Of a stretch of DNA of 64,000 nt, positions 36,572-47,340 are shown one piece after another. Origin of the DNA: Longimicrobiales bacterium. GTDB lineage: Bacteria > Gemmatimonadota > Gemmatimonadetes > Longimicrobiales > Gaopeijiaceae. The number at the start of each line of letters is the position of its first letter. Position 1 is the stretch's first letter. Both the position numbers and the translations under genes were made by a program. The stretch is from positions 800,001-864,000 of the forward strand of contig JAWLHJ010000001.1 of NCBI GenBank assembly GCA_041690395.1, given 5' to 3'. The notes under the pieces were generated by a model. The model did not search any database. It was not told the origin of the DNA and saw only the letters and a program-made list of their open reading frames with translations.

Positions 36572-37246
36572 CGCCTCGTCCCCAACGCCCTTCCGGTACA
36601 ACCCGTTCACCGTCACCCGCCGCCCACGCTCGGTCTCCACCCGCACCGTGTCGCTCGGTTCCTCGGGCCTGAGCCCCCGGCGCGCCATTGCCGCGTCCAA
36701 GGTGGGTGCGTCCACCAGCACGGCCCGTCCCCCTGGGAGACCCTCGTAGACGCCGGGCTGGTCGGGTACCGGTCGCGTGCCCTCACCCGTGAGGTCGACC
36801 TCCGGCGTGAAATGGGCGACGAGCAGCAAGCCCCCGGGCGCGAGCACGCGCGCCGTCTCGTCGAGCGCCACGCGCCACTCCTCCAGACTCCCGGCGTTCT
36901 GATAGAGGCCGAGCGCCACCACGAGATCGAAGGTCGCGTCGGCGAAGTCCCCGAGGTCGTCCATGCGACCCTGGCGGACGCGGCGTTCGGCTTCCTCGCG
37001 GCCCAGGACGGGGCTCACCCGGGCGCGGGTCCGCTCGACCATCGGCTGCGACGCGTCAGTCGCCCACACGTCGAACCCGCGCTCGGCGAGGAGCACGGTG
37101 TTGCGGCCGCCCGCGCATCCGAGGTCGAGCACCCGCGTCGCCCCGGGGTGGACGACGTCGTCGGCCAGCCGGACGAGCCGGTGGTCCGGCTCCCGATCCG
37201 CGAAGCGCTCCACGGTCTCCGGCTGGTCCCAGAACGGATTCGTCAT
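36557..37246 (-). CDS. Class I SAM-dependent methyltransferase
   Basis: VLDLGCAGGRN, RVLAPGG. Confidence 0.85.
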   Translation of the reverse strand: MTNPFWDQPETVERFADREPDHRLVRLADDVVHPGATRVLDLGCAGGRNTVLLAERGFDVWATDASQPMVERTRARVSPVLGREEAERRVRQGRMDDLGDFADATFDLVVALGLYQNAGSLEEWRVALDETARVLAPGGLLLVAHFTPEVDLTGEGTRPVPDQPGVYEGLPGGRAVLVDAPTLDAAMARRGLRPEEPSDTVRVETERGRRVTVNGLYRKGVGDEASITR

Positions 37247-37337
37247 CGTTTGAGCTCCTCTCCATCGGACCAGTGTGCCGGACCGGCGCCCAGGCGCTAA
37301 CGTGGTGAAGCGTTCCACCGCCGAACCCGGAGTCCCC

Positions 37338-37664
37338 ATGTCCGTGACCCCCGACTTCCGCGCCTACGTCGAGGAGCAGCTCGGCCGGGTGGTGCCCGTC
37401 ACCACCCGCCGCATGTTCGGCGGCCTCGGCATCTACGGCCGAGGGCTCTTCTTCGCCCTGGCCTCCGACAACATGCTGTACTTCAAGGCCGGCGACGAGA
37501 ACCTGCCGGATTTCGAGGCGCGCGGCTGCGAGCCGTTCCGCCCCTACGGCGACGACCGCGCCATGCGCTACTACGAGGTGCCCGGCGACGTGCTCGAGGA
37601 CCTCGAGCTGCTCGAGGCGTGGGTCGAGAAGGCGCTGGCGGTGGCGAGATCGGCGAAGCGCTGA
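37338..37664 (+). CDS. TfoX/Sxy N-terminal domain protein
   Basis: RRMFGG.GIY, LYFK, YYEVP. Confidence 0.88.
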   Translation: MSVTPDFRAYVEEQLGRVVPVTTRRMFGGLGIYGRGLFFALASDNMLYFKAGDENLPDFEARGCEPFRPYGDDRAMRYYEVPGDVLEDLELLEAWVEKALAVARSAKR

Positions 37665-37764
37665 CCCGGACCGTCCATCTCGGGAGCGGGTAGGGAGAAG
37701 CGTGACCGGACCGGTAGACATCGTTTGTCCCGGCCGCCGGTGATCGCTGACACGGGAGGCAGAG

Positions 37765-38520
37765 ATGGGCGTATTCGACGGCAGGATCGCGATCGTGACG
37801 GGCGGCGGCTCGGGGCTCGGTGAGGCGATCGGGAAGGATCTCGCCGCACGGGGCGCCACGGTCGTCCTCACGGACATCCGGCTGGACGCGGCCGAGCGCG
37901 TGGCCGCCGAGATCCGTGCGGACGGCGGCTCGGCCGAAGCCATCGAGCAGGACGCGTCGAAGCCCGACGACGCCGAGAAGGTCGTGCGGCACGTTGTCGA
38001 CGAGCACGGCGCGCTCCACTACGCGGTGAACAACGCGGGGATCGGCGGCGCCCAGGCACCGGCCGGCGAGACCGACCTGGACGAGTGGAACCGTGTCATC
38101 GCCGTGAACCTGAACGGCGTGCTCTACGGCATGCGCTACCAGATCCCCGCCATGCTGGAAGCGGGGGCGGACCAGTGCGCCATCGTAAACATGGCCTCGA
38201 TCCACGGCATGGTGGCCGCCATCGGGAACGGTGCGTACACCGCGGCCAAGCATGGCGTCGTCGGCCTGACGAAGAACGCCGCCGCCGAGTACGGTCCGCA
38301 CGGGCTGCGCATCAACTGTGTGGGCCCGGCCTATATCGAGACGCCTTTGCTCGCCGGGCTTCCGGACGACGTTCGCGAGGGCCTAGTCGCACGGCATCCG
38401 CTCGGCCGGCTCGGCCAGCCACGGGAAGTGGCACCGCTCGTGCGGTTCCTCCTCTCCGACGAGGCGTCGTTCATGACTGGCGGATACTATCTGGTCGACG
38501 GAGGCTACACGAGCGTCTGA
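37765..38520 (+). CDS. SDR family oxidoreductase
   Basis: TGGGSGLG, NNAG, YTAAK. Confidence 0.93.
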   Translation: MGVFDGRIAIVTGGGSGLGEAIGKDLAARGATVVLTDIRLDAAERVAAEIRADGGSAEAIEQDASKPDDAEKVVRHVVDEHGALHYAVNNAGIGGAQAPAGETDLDEWNRVIAVNLNGVLYGMRYQIPAMLEAGADQCAIVNMASIHGMVAAIGNGAYTAAKHGVVGLTKNAAAEYGPHGLRINCVGPAYIETPLLAGLPDDVREGLVARHPLGRLGQPREVAPLVRFLLSDEASFMTGGYYLVDGGYTSV

Positions 38521-38534
38521 CGTACCCGGTACGC

Positions 38535-39167
38535 TCAGCTCCCTCCACCGCGCTCGATGTTCGTGACGACGATGGTCTGAGGCACGCCGCATCTGCTCTC
38601 GAGCACGATGCGGCCCTCGACCACCACGGTGTCGCCGACCGCGACCGCATTCGGTGGAACCCCCTCGAGCGCGTATCGGATGTCGTCCTGGTCGCGGAGT
38701 CCCAGGCAGCCGGCGGAGGCCTCACGCACCCGACCGGTGCGACGGACCAGCCCCTCCTCGTTGGTGACGTGGAAGGCATCCGACAGGGCCAGCGGTCGGA
38801 AGTAGATGTCGAACGCGATGAACGCGTGCGGCCGGTCCCATCGTGCCCATTCGGGGACCTCGACCTCGACCGCGAACTTGCCGTCCATCCCCGTCATCAG
38901 GTCGTGGAAGGCCTCGAAGCCGACGCGGCTCGCGCCGATACCGACCCAGATCGGCGTGATCATCGGCATCTCGGCGCTCGACACCCTCACTTGCGTGCCC
39001 GCGGGGCCGGCCCTCGGCTCGATCGACTCGATGCGTCGTAGGACGTTCTCCCGCACGTGGGGAAGGTCGGGGTCTGGATCCTGGGCAGAGAGCGCCAGGG
39101 GCCCGGCGAGGATGGCCGAGCAGAGGACGGGGGCCGCCAACGAGTGGCGGGTCGAAGCAAAGAACAT
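38535..39167 (-). CDS. Secreted hypothetical protein
   Basis: Signal-peptide-like N-terminus after a GGAGG ribosome-binding site. Confidence 0.6.
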   Translation of the reverse strand: MFFASTRHSLAAPVLCSAILAGPLALSAQDPDPDLPHVRENVLRRIESIEPRAGPAGTQVRVSSAEMPMITPIWVGIGASRVGFEAFHDLMTGMDGKFAVEVEVPEWARWDRPHAFIAFDIYFRPLALSDAFHVTNEEGLVRRTGRVREASAGCLGLRDQDDIRYALEGVPPNAVAVGDTVVVEGRIVLESRCGVPQTIVVTNIERGGGS

Positions 39168-39275
39168 GATCCCTCCTTGGACGGGGCTCAGTGCCCGCAT
39201 CCACCCTTCAACGTGGGGGACGGATGGCTGTCCCGCCAGTATCGGCTCGACCGCTACCTTCTTACCTTGGCCGCC

Positions 39276-40397
39276 ATGCCTTCCCGCCCGACGTTCACCG
39301 CCCCCGAGATCGCCCGCCTCCGCCTCCAGGCGCTGGGGCTGGGCGGGCCCGCGGCGGCGTCCGACGTGGCTGGAGTGGTGAGCCATCACCTGGCCATGCA
39401 GGCGCAGGACTTCCCGGCGTCCCGGTGGGCCGTGGGCTCCCGGCTCCCGGGCAGCGCCGACGCCGACGTGATGGCGGCCTACGACGCGGGGCTCATCGTG
39501 CGCTCCTGGCCCATGCGAGGCACCGTGCATGTGGTGTCCGCCCCCGATCTCCCCTGGATGCTGGAGCATCTCGGCCCCCGGGCGCTCTCCGGCGTTCAGG
39601 GCCGGTGGAAGTATCTGGGGATCGACGAGGCGTTCCTGGAGCGCGCCCGTGACGTGGCCGTCGAGCTCCTCCGCGGCGGTGGCCGTGCCACCCGCGCCGA
39701 GCTCACCGAGGCCTGCCAGGGCGCCGGCCTCGACGTGACGGGGCAGCGGAGCTATCACACCGTCTGGTACCTCTCCCAGACGGGCACGCTGATCCAGGGC
39801 CCTACGCGCGACGGCGAGCAGGAGCTCGTCCTGCTGGACGAGTGGATCCCCGAGCCACGGGTGCTGGACCGGCCGTCCGCGCTCCGGGAGTTGGGCGTCC
39901 GCTACCTCCGGGCCCGGGGCCCGGCCACTGTCGAGGATCTGGTCCACTGGACGAAGCTCACCAAGACGGACGCGCGTAAGGCGCTGGACGTGGACGGGGA
40001 GCGGATCGTGGAGGTGGACGCGCCGGGTGGGCCGTACCGCATGTTGGCCGAGCAACTCGACACGTTGGACCCCGGAAGCCCCGATGTGGACGAGGCGGTA
40101 CTGGCCCTGGCGGCCTTCGACGAGCATCTCCTGGGATACCGGGTCAGGGACTGCGTGCTCGATCCGGAGCACGCCACGCGGGTGGATCCCGGCCGCAACG
40201 GCGTTTTCCGGTGGACCGTGGTGGCCGGCGGGCGCGTGGTCGGCACCTGGAAGCGCACCCGCCGCACGCACCACGTGCTGGTCGATGTCGAGCCGTTCGG
40301 ACGGCTGCCGGCGAGGGTCCGGAAGGCAGTCCCGGGCGCGATCGAGGCATGGGGACGCTTCGCGGGCGTGGAGGTCAGGGTGCGGGGGACGGGGTAG
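39276..40397 (+). CDS. AlkZ/YcaQ-like winged-helix DNA glycosylase (HTH_42)
   Basis: QAQD motif, MRGTVH, GPAT..D, FDEHLLGY, VVGTW. Confidence 0.85.
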   Translation: MPSRPTFTAPEIARLRLQALGLGGPAAASDVAGVVSHHLAMQAQDFPASRWAVGSRLPGSADADVMAAYDAGLIVRSWPMRGTVHVVSAPDLPWMLEHLGPRALSGVQGRWKYLGIDEAFLERARDVAVELLRGGGRATRAELTEACQGAGLDVTGQRSYHTVWYLSQTGTLIQGPTRDGEQELVLLDEWIPEPRVLDRPSALRELGVRYLRARGPATVEDLVHWTKLTKTDARKALDVDGERIVEVDAPGGPYRMLAEQLDTLDPGSPDVDEAVLALAAFDEHLLGYRVRDCVLDPEHATRVDPGRNGVFRWTVVAGGRVVGTWKRTRRTHHVLVDVEPFGRLPARVRKAVPGAIEAWGRFAGVEVRVRGTG

Positions 40398-43300
40398 TCG
40401 CCATCTCCCCGTACCGCACCAACGCGTTCACCATGCGCATCTGCGCGGGCCGGCGGCACTCCGCCGTGAGGAGGCGGGGGCTCGCCACCACGACCGTGGC
40501 CGCCCGTGCCCGAGACGTGGCCACGTTCAGGCGGTCGAGGGCGTAGAGGAACTCCATGCCGCGGGGCGCGTCGTCCGCGCTCGAGCTGGCGAGCGAGTAG
40601 ATGGCCACGGGGGCTTCCTGCCCCTGGAACTTGTCGACGGTGCCGACGCGGGGCTGGTCGAAGCCAGCGCCCCTCAGGGCCTTCCGGATGCGGTCGACCT
40701 GTGCGTTGTACGGTGCGACCACGAGAAGATCGTCGATCGTGAGCCGGTGCGTCTCACCCTTCCGGTCGGTGAACGTCGCCCCGTTCGCGAGCAACCTGCG
40801 GAACACCCGCACGACCGCGTCCGCTTCCTCCTCGCTCTCCCGGCTGTTCCCCTCGTGCGCGACCTCCTCCAGGTGGAGGCCCCGGAGGGTCGAGCCGTCC
40901 GCGAGCCCGATGCGCTGCCGCTCGAGATCCGGCCGGGGCTCGAGCTTCCCCTCGTAGAACAGCTCCGACGTGTACGCCGTGATCTCCGGGCGCATGCGCC
41001 ACGTCTCGCCCAGGAAGAGCCCCTGCTCGGGCGTGAGGATGCCGTCCTCCCGGGCCAGGTGCTCCAGCACCGACACCTCGGTGCCGGGCGGGTGGATCCC
41101 CTTCTGCGGCTGGTTGAGCTGCTGTGGATCGCCGAGGAGCACGAGCCTCGGGGCGGCGGGAGCCACGGCCAGGGCATTTGCGAGCGAGAACTGCCCGGCC
41201 TCGTCGATGAACAGCAGGTCGACCGACCGTACCATGTCCGCCCGCGACCAGAGCCAGGCGGTGCCGGCCACGAGGTTGAAGGGGTCGTCTTCGTCCCTGC
41301 TCTCCGCGAGCGCCTTCTGCGCGTCACCCGACCCCGTGATGTGGGTTACGCGCAGGTCGGCACAGTGCTCGTCGCGGCTCGCCTGCAGTCCCCGGACGCG
41401 CGTCGGCTCGTCGTCCTCGTCCGCGTCGCACACCGCGTCCAGGAGGTTGGTGATGACCTTGTGGCTGGGTCCGGTCACGCCGACGGTGAGCCCGGCCCGG
41501 AGAAGTGCGCGGATCATGCGAGCGCCGCTGTAGGTCTTGCCGGTGCCGGGCGGGCCCTGGATGGGGAGCACGCCGGGCTCGAGGCGGAGGGCGGCCGAGC
41601 GGGCGCGATCGAGGAGGGCGGCGCCGGGGGCGACGTCGGGAAGATTGGACGGCCGGTCCTCTCCGCCGTCGCCCCCTCGCCCGAACCGTGGCGGCTCCCC
41701 CCGGAGCAGCGCGAGCGATGCCGGGCTCCAGGTCTCGAGTGCGTCCTCTCCCTCGAGTAGGAGGCGGGCGGTTCGGCGGAGCTGCGCCCGCTGGGTCTTC
41801 GTGCCGACGATCTCGTCGCGGAAGAGCGCCTCGACGGCCCCCGGGTCGAACTCCGTGGTCTTGCCCACCTTCAGCTCGATCCACCCCTCCACGTCGTCGA
41901 TGGCCCATACCATGCGCGACTTGTCATTTTCCCCGGGCTCGCGCGACGGCTCCTTCGCGTTCTTGCCCGGCTCCAGCCGGTGCTCCTGCGGCGGAAACGT
42001 GAACCGGTAGATGAACGACCGCGCCTCGGCGCGCTTACTCCCCGTGTATTCCAGCCCCGCCAGCGGCGTGGTCTCCCCGATGAGCTCGTCGATGGACAGC
42101 TCTCGCAGCCGGAAGTAGTCCCACCACGCGGTCTTGTCTTCACGGCGGTGCCATTCCATGAGATGCGCGACCAGCCAGCGGATCTGTTGCGCCGGAGATC
42201 GGTCCTCCCGTTCCTCGGACACCCGCTCGAGGAGCGCCTCCATGAGCTCCGCTACTTCACCGGCGTCCTCGTCCTCCCTCTCCTCGCGCTCCACGGGCGG
42301 GACGGGGCGGGGAATCGGGCCCTCGCGAGCCTCCAACTCGCTGCGCAGCTCCTCCAGCCAGTCGCGGAGCGCTCGCGTGGAGACGCAGTCGTCGCGGTTG
42401 TATCGCTCGACCACGTCGCGGTCGGCGAGCGCCTCCTCGTCGCGCAGCCCCAATGCCAGCGCGTATTCCAGTCGATGCCTGGCCGGATTCGCGTCGTCCA
42501 TGGGGACCTCGCGCTCGAACCCGTAGTGCGCTTCGAGGGCCTTGATGGAATAGCTCTCCACGGAGGCCCGCACGCCCTGCCGGACGACCCGGTGGAGATC
42601 GACGAACACTTCGTGCTGGAGGAGACGGTCGAGGGCGACGGTGCCCACGCCGTAACGCCCCACCAGCCGCTTGAGGGCCGTGGGCTCGTAATGCCCGAAG
42701 TGGTAGATGTGCGCCCCGGGATGCGCCTCCACGTGTGCCTCGGCCTCGGCCAGGAAGCGCGCGAGGGCCGCCTTTTCCTCGTCCGGTGTGAGCGCCCAGG
42801 TGCTGCGGAACCGGTCTTCGGTGTCGCTGATCCCCCACAGATACTCGAGCCCCTCGTCGTAGGCGTAGTCCGCGCCCTCGAAGTCGAAGAACCAGTCGTG
42901 CGGCGTGGGCTCGGGGAGCGCGGCGAGGCCGAGGGCCGGGCCGCCCGGGTACGACTCGAGCGGGAGCAACTCGTGCACGGGGGTGCCGCCGGCGCGGCCC
43001 TCGAGCTGCACGCGGGCCTGCTCGCGGACGCGCTGGAACGACCGTGCGCGGAGCCCCTCGGGCAGGGTGTCGAGCGGGTGAGCGGCGAGGGCCGCCAGGG
43101 TGGTCACGCCTGCCCGTTCGAGCGCCTGCCGCTGGTCTCGCCGGATGCCCGCCACCAGCGACAGGTGATCGGACTCGACACGCTCGTCCCGGCACCGGGC
43201 GCGCCAGTCGCAGATCCGGCACAGCTCGACGGGATCGGGCGCGACGGGGAGCTCGTCGGCCGAGCGCGGCGCGGTCCGCAGGTGATCTCCCATGCGCGAG

Positions 43301-43914
43301 ACGAGGGAGCGCTGATATGCCGCGAAGTGTGCCAGGCGGAACGAGACTCGCCGCGGGGCCGGGCCGCCAAGGTAGAGGTGTATCCGCTCGGGCCGCACGC
43401 CCTGGACCCGCGCGAGCATCTCGGAATAGACGCTCGTCTGCAGCACCGCCGAAGCCTTCGCTTCACGGGTGAGCTTTGCGTCGGCGACCTCGTACGACCA
43501 CGGGCCGAAGACGCTGGGCGCGCCGGCGGGGCGATCGACCTTGAGGAGGAAGTCCACGAACCCGAGCCACCGGCCTTCGTAGAGCGTGCCCTGGTAGATG
43601 ACGTCCCACCCCTCGCGCATCGCCGCCAGCGTCTCGTCGTGCCGCCGCTGGTAAGCCGCGGCATTCCCGTACTCGCCCTCTTGCAGCGGGCCGAAGCGCT
43701 TCACCTGCTTCCCTTCCACCTCGAATCGCTGGAGGTAGCCCTCTTCGTGCTCGATGCCCCGCTGCTTGAGCAGGTCGAGCCGTGGGTCCTCGAAGCGCAT
43801 GCGCTTCAGGAGTCCGTCGACGCGCGCCCGGTCCAGCCAGGTCCGTTGCGCACACCCGGAGAAGGCCGCCAGGTCGGTGGGCGAGAGGACGAGGTCGGAG
43901 GCGGTTCGATGCAT
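40375..43914 (-). CDS. TM0106 family RecB-like nuclease / RNase H-like / SF1 helicase fusion
   Basis: LSPTDL, VDFL...DAK, FFDFE, YSIK..E, YNRDDC, QGPPGTGKT, DEAGQ, GDPQQL, GTVDKFQGQE, NVATSRA. Confidence 0.9.
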   Translation of the reverse strand: MHRTASDLVLSPTDLAAFSGCAQRTWLDRARVDGLLKRMRFEDPRLDLLKQRGIEHEEGYLQRFEVEGKQVKRFGPLQEGEYGNAAAYQRRHDETLAAMREGWDVIYQGTLYEGRWLGFVDFLLKVDRPAGAPSVFGPWSYEVADAKLTREAKASAVLQTSVYSEMLARVQGVRPERIHLYLGGPAPRRVSFRLAHFAAYQRSLVSRMGDHLRTAPRSADELPVAPDPVELCRICDWRARCRDERVESDHLSLVAGIRRDQRQALERAGVTTLAALAAHPLDTLPEGLRARSFQRVREQARVQLEGRAGGTPVHELLPLESYPGGPALGLAALPEPTPHDWFFDFEGADYAYDEGLEYLWGISDTEDRFRSTWALTPDEEKAALARFLAEAEAHVEAHPGAHIYHFGHYEPTALKRLVGRYGVGTVALDRLLQHEVFVDLHRVVRQGVRASVESYSIKALEAHYGFEREVPMDDANPARHRLEYALALGLRDEEALADRDVVERYNRDDCVSTRALRDWLEELRSELEAREGPIPRPVPPVEREEREDEDAGEVAELMEALLERVSEEREDRSPAQQIRWLVAHLMEWHRREDKTAWWDYFRLRELSIDELIGETTPLAGLEYTGSKRAEARSFIYRFTFPPQEHRLEPGKNAKEPSREPGENDKSRMVWAIDDVEGWIELKVGKTTEFDPGAVEALFRDEIVGTKTQRAQLRRTARLLLEGEDALETWSPASLALLRGEPPRFGRGGDGGEDRPSNLPDVAPGAALLDRARSAALRLEPGVLPIQGPPGTGKTYSGARMIRALLRAGLTVGVTGPSHKVITNLLDAVCDADEDDEPTRVRGLQASRDEHCADLRVTHITGSGDAQKALAESRDEDDPFNLVAGTAWLWSRADMVRSVDLLFIDEAGQFSLANALAVAPAAPRLVLLGDPQQLNQPQKGIHPPGTEVSVLEHLAREDGILTPEQGLFLGETWRMRPEITAYTSELFYEGKLEPRPDLERQRIGLADGSTLRGLHLEEVAHEGNSRESEEEADAVVRVFRRLLANGATFTDRKGETHRLTIDDLLVVAPYNAQVDRIRKALRGAGFDQPRVGTVDKFQGQEAPVAIYSLASSSADDAPRGMEFLYALDRLNVATSRARAATVVVASPRLLTAECRRPAQMRMVNALVRYGEMATTPSPAP

Positions 43915-44049
43915 GGGTGGTGGGTAGGGCCGGTGGAGAGGTGGCGCCGACGGGGGCAGACTGCTCGTAAGGTGAGAGGATAGGGGGTGGGGGTGACAAC
44001 GGGCCAGCGCGGGAGCTGATCCCCACGTCCGACCCCCACCCGCGCTGCG

Positions 44050-45120
44050 TCACGGGTCGAATCCGACCATGAGGTGGACGGGTAACTGGCAGGTACCGCC
44101 CGTAAGGAGCGAGAGTGTCTGCTTCTGGTCCAGCCACGTGGCGCGCACGAGCCAGTCGCAGTCCGGATCCTCGATATCCTGTGGGAACCAGAGATGGAAG
44201 CTTCCGTCGTCGAGCGTCTCGGCGGTGGCGACCACCGTCGAGTCGGAGGGGTCGAGCAGCTCGAGTCGGGCCTCGCCCGCACCGACTCGCTCCCATGGGT
44301 TCCCCTGCTCGTCCGGGGCGAGCACGAGCCCTTCGGCCGCCTTGTGCGTTCCGCGGCGGACATCGGGGAGTGTTCTGCCGCTCTCGCAGGCCGGTCGCAC
44401 CGCACCGGCGAGGGAAGGATGTTCCGTCCCGCCCGCCCAGACCTCAGCCTGGACCTCCTGGCAGAGCCAGACACGCTCCCCCATGTCCGTGGTCTCGAAC
44501 CGGTACACACCCTCGGCGTCCGGCGCGATCTGAGCCGACAGCTCGGGGCCGTCGAAGCCCCGCGGCCGAAGCAGGAGCCGGGCAAATGCGTCGTCGGGGT
44601 GCGCGGGGACGCCGTCGACCAGGATGCGTCCGGTTACGACGAACGGCTCGTCGAGTGGAGTCGTGTATGCCGGAAGCTGGAAGTCCGCGCCCCTCCGCGG
44701 CGAGGACGACCCTTCGCACGGCCCCCCGTCGTGATTCGGCAGGAGGGGTGTGAACTCGGTGACGTCGCCCGTCCACAGCACCGCCCGGGCGAGGTAGCCG
44801 CAGGCGGTCGAGGGGAAGTCCGTGCCGAGGTCGATCTCGTAACCTCCCCACTGGGTCATGACGGAATCGACAGCACGGAGTGTGTCGAACGGAGCGAAGA
44901 CCCTGACCGTGGCTTCTTCGATCACGACCGGGTCGTCGCCGACGTACACGCTTCCCGTCACCGCGAACCGTGGGGGAGCCATGTAGCCGCCGCGAGGGCC
45001 CCATCCGGACAGGTCCCAGGTGCCGGGACCGAGAATGTCGAACTCGCAACCGGCAAGGCCGAGGGATAGCACACACAGGAGAGACGGAAGTACGGTGACG
45101 GTCAGGCGCGGGCGTGGCAT
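44050..45120 (-). CDS. Hypothetical lipoprotein
   Basis: Lipobox LAGC; beta-rich repeated segments. Confidence 0.65.
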   Translation of the reverse strand: MPRPRLTVTVLPSLLCVLSLGLAGCEFDILGPGTWDLSGWGPRGGYMAPPRFAVTGSVYVGDDPVVIEEATVRVFAPFDTLRAVDSVMTQWGGYEIDLGTDFPSTACGYLARAVLWTGDVTEFTPLLPNHDGGPCEGSSSPRRGADFQLPAYTTPLDEPFVVTGRILVDGVPAHPDDAFARLLLRPRGFDGPELSAQIAPDAEGVYRFETTDMGERVWLCQEVQAEVWAGGTEHPSLAGAVRPACESGRTLPDVRRGTHKAAEGLVLAPDEQGNPWERVGAGEARLELLDPSDSTVVATAETLDDGSFHLWFPQDIEDPDCDWLVRATWLDQKQTLSLLTGGTCQLPVHLMVGFDP

Positions 45121-45215
45121 GTGATCCTCCAGGAGCGATATGGAACGCACCCGAAGGATGCAGCGTGTGGCCGCGCCCGTACGTACGTATGGCTACGTAA
45201 TCGACTACGGACCGT

Positions 45216-45632
45216 TCAGCCGGTCGTGTCCGCGGGTCGCTCCCCCACGCGTGTCGCGATCCACCATTGGTTCCCCGCCGGGTCCTCGACACCGCCGGTG
45301 CGGTCGCCGTAGTCCTGGGTGGAGACCTCGCGGACGGGCTTACCGCCGGCCGCCACGGCGCGCCTGAAGACCTCGTCCACGTCCGGCATGTAGAGGTGGA
45401 TCATCGCCTTGTAGCCGGTCCACTCTTCCTGGGCTTCACCGAGCATGACGACCGAGTCTCCGATGCGCACCTCGGCGTGCATCACGCGGCCTTCCGGAGT
45501 GCGGTGAAGCTCCAGCTCCGTGGCTCCGAACGCGTCCTTCATGAACTCGATAATGCGGTCGCCGTCCGGGACAATGAGGTAGGGGCTGACGGTGTGGTGT
45601 CCCTCGGGGACTCCTGGGGCAGGCGATGTCAT
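45216..45632 (-). CDS. VOC/PhnB family protein
   Basis: VSPYL, MHAEVRIGDS, YGDR.G.VEDPAGNQW. Confidence 0.9.
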   Translation of the reverse strand: MTSPAPGVPEGHHTVSPYLIVPDGDRIIEFMKDAFGATELELHRTPEGRVMHAEVRIGDSVVMLGEAQEEWTGYKAMIHLYMPDVDEVFRRAVAAGGKPVREVSTQDYGDRTGGVEDPAGNQWWIATRVGERPADTTG

Positions 45633-45733
45633 GGGGGCCTCCGGTTCGGTTCTCGTGCTCGACTCCCCACGATAGTGGGCCGCCCGGCCATCGTCTTGGA
45701 AAAAATGCCACCGCCGACCGAGGGTCGCCGGCC

Positions 45734-46585
45734 TCACTCCGGGTGCTCCGCCAGGCTCGGACTCTCCGGGAAGCGGTGCGCCGCGCGGTACGCCGACGGG
45801 GTGAATCCGGACATCTCCCGGAACTCGCCGTTGAAGTGTGGCTGGTCGTAGTATCCGGCCTGGAGGGCGATGTCGGAGAGCGGGCCGTCGCCTTCCATGA
45901 CCAGGTCGAGCGCGCGACGGAACCGGTGGATCCGCGCCAGACGCTTGGCGCTCACGCCGACCTGAGCCCGAAAGGCCGCGTGCATGCGCGTGCGGGACCA
46001 TCCCGTGCGCTGCGTGAGGTCCCCGATCGACACGTTGCCGCCCCGCTTCTCGATGGTCCGGCTCATCCACGCCACGGCCGCATCGGGCCTCGGGCCGGAG
46101 CGCGCCCGCTCCTCCACCCACTCGGCCGCGGCGCGGAGGCGCCCCTCGGGGGTTCGGGCGGCGGCGCAGAGGTCGGTGAGCCGCCGCGCGTCACCGTCCG
46201 CGAGGTCCTCGAGGTCGACGGTGATGCCGGTGAGGGGCTCCAGCGGATGGCCGAGCACCGTATACGCGCCCAGGGGCCGGAGTCGGATGCCCAGGACCGC
46301 GCTCCAGCCGGGCGGCGCCTCGATGACGTCCGGCCCGAGGAGCAGCCCGGACGCGCACGTCAGCGGGAAGAGCTCGGTGCCGGAGCTCTCCACGTGCCGG
46401 TAGCGTTCGCCGAGGTGGACGACGATCTCCGCCCGGCCGGTGGGACAGTGCCGTTCCCGCAGATGCGTGAGGCTCCCCTCGAAGTACCAGATCCCCTCGA
46501 CGAGTCCGGCGAGTCGCTCCGGCTCGCAGCGGGCGAGGAGCCAGCGGCCGAGCTCGGAGTCGTGGCGCTCGATACGGATGGACAT
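45734..46585 (-). CDS. AraC family transcriptional regulator
   Basis: C-terminal AGYYDQPHF..EF...G.TP. Confidence 0.9.
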   Translation of the reverse strand: MSIRIERHDSELGRWLLARCEPERLAGLVEGIWYFEGSLTHLRERHCPTGRAEIVVHLGERYRHVESSGTELFPLTCASGLLLGPDVIEAPPGWSAVLGIRLRPLGAYTVLGHPLEPLTGITVDLEDLADGDARRLTDLCAAARTPEGRLRAAAEWVEERARSGPRPDAAVAWMSRTIEKRGGNVSIGDLTQRTGWSRTRMHAAFRAQVGVSAKRLARIHRFRRALDLVMEGDGPLSDIALQAGYYDQPHFNGEFREMSGFTPSAYRAAHRFPESPSLAEHPE

Positions 46586-46636
46586 GGAGGTTTGCCAAGG
46601 CGGAGGGCGCGAGGCAAGCGCCGCGCCCCCACCGCG

Positions 46637-47116
46637 TCAGCCGCGCTGGTACGTCCCCACCAGCCGATTCATCCCGATCACGTGCGGCTCGATCTTCTTC
46701 AGGAGCTGCTCCATGGTGAGCCCGGCCTCCAGGTCGAGCGCCTCGTCCAGGGCCAGGACCCAGAAGAAGTAGTGATGCACCCCGTGCCCCTCGGGGGGCA
46801 TGGGGCCGCCGTAGCCGTCGCTCCCGAAATCGGACCGGCCCTCGGTGTACGCCCCGCCGCCGCCCTCGGGAATGCCGCTAACCGTTCCGGGGATCCCGTA
46901 GAGGAGCCAGTGCACGAAGCCGTAGCTCCCGGGCTTGCAGAGCGGCGCGTCGGGGTCGTGGCAGAGGACGACGAATGCTTCGGCTTCGTCCGGCGCGTCG
47001 GACCACTCCAGCGCCGGCGAGACGTCCTCGCCCTCGCCCGTGTGCTTCTTCGGGATGCGGCCGTGATTGTCGAAGGCGGGCGAGCGGACCTGCATGGGGG
47101 AAGGGGCGAAGCCCAT
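46637..47116 (-). CDS. YbhB/YbcL Raf kinase inhibitor-like protein
   Basis: SPALEW, DPDAP, FVHW, YGGPMPP.GHG.HHY.F. Confidence 0.92.
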   Translation of the reverse strand: MGFAPSPMQVRSPAFDNHGRIPKKHTGEGEDVSPALEWSDAPDEAEAFVVLCHDPDAPLCKPGSYGFVHWLLYGIPGTVSGIPEGGGGAYTEGRSDFGSDGYGGPMPPEGHGVHHYFFWVLALDEALDLEAGLTMEQLLKKIEPHVIGMNRLVGTYQRG

Positions 47117-47340
47117 CGTCTTGTCTCCTGTTTGCGGCGTGCGACTCGGTATCCGGAAGGTGCAGGGCCGGCGTCCCGTCTGTCCAGCGGAGGGTGGCCT
47201 TTCCGTCGAGCGAGCGCACGGCCCTCGGCGTCCGAGTGGCGCCAAGTCGCGCGGGGGGCTTAGTCTGACCGACCGCCAGACCACCCGAGTCGCCGCTGGG
47301 CCCGTCCTGGGCCCCGGCTCACACGTCCAGGAGAGTGCAA

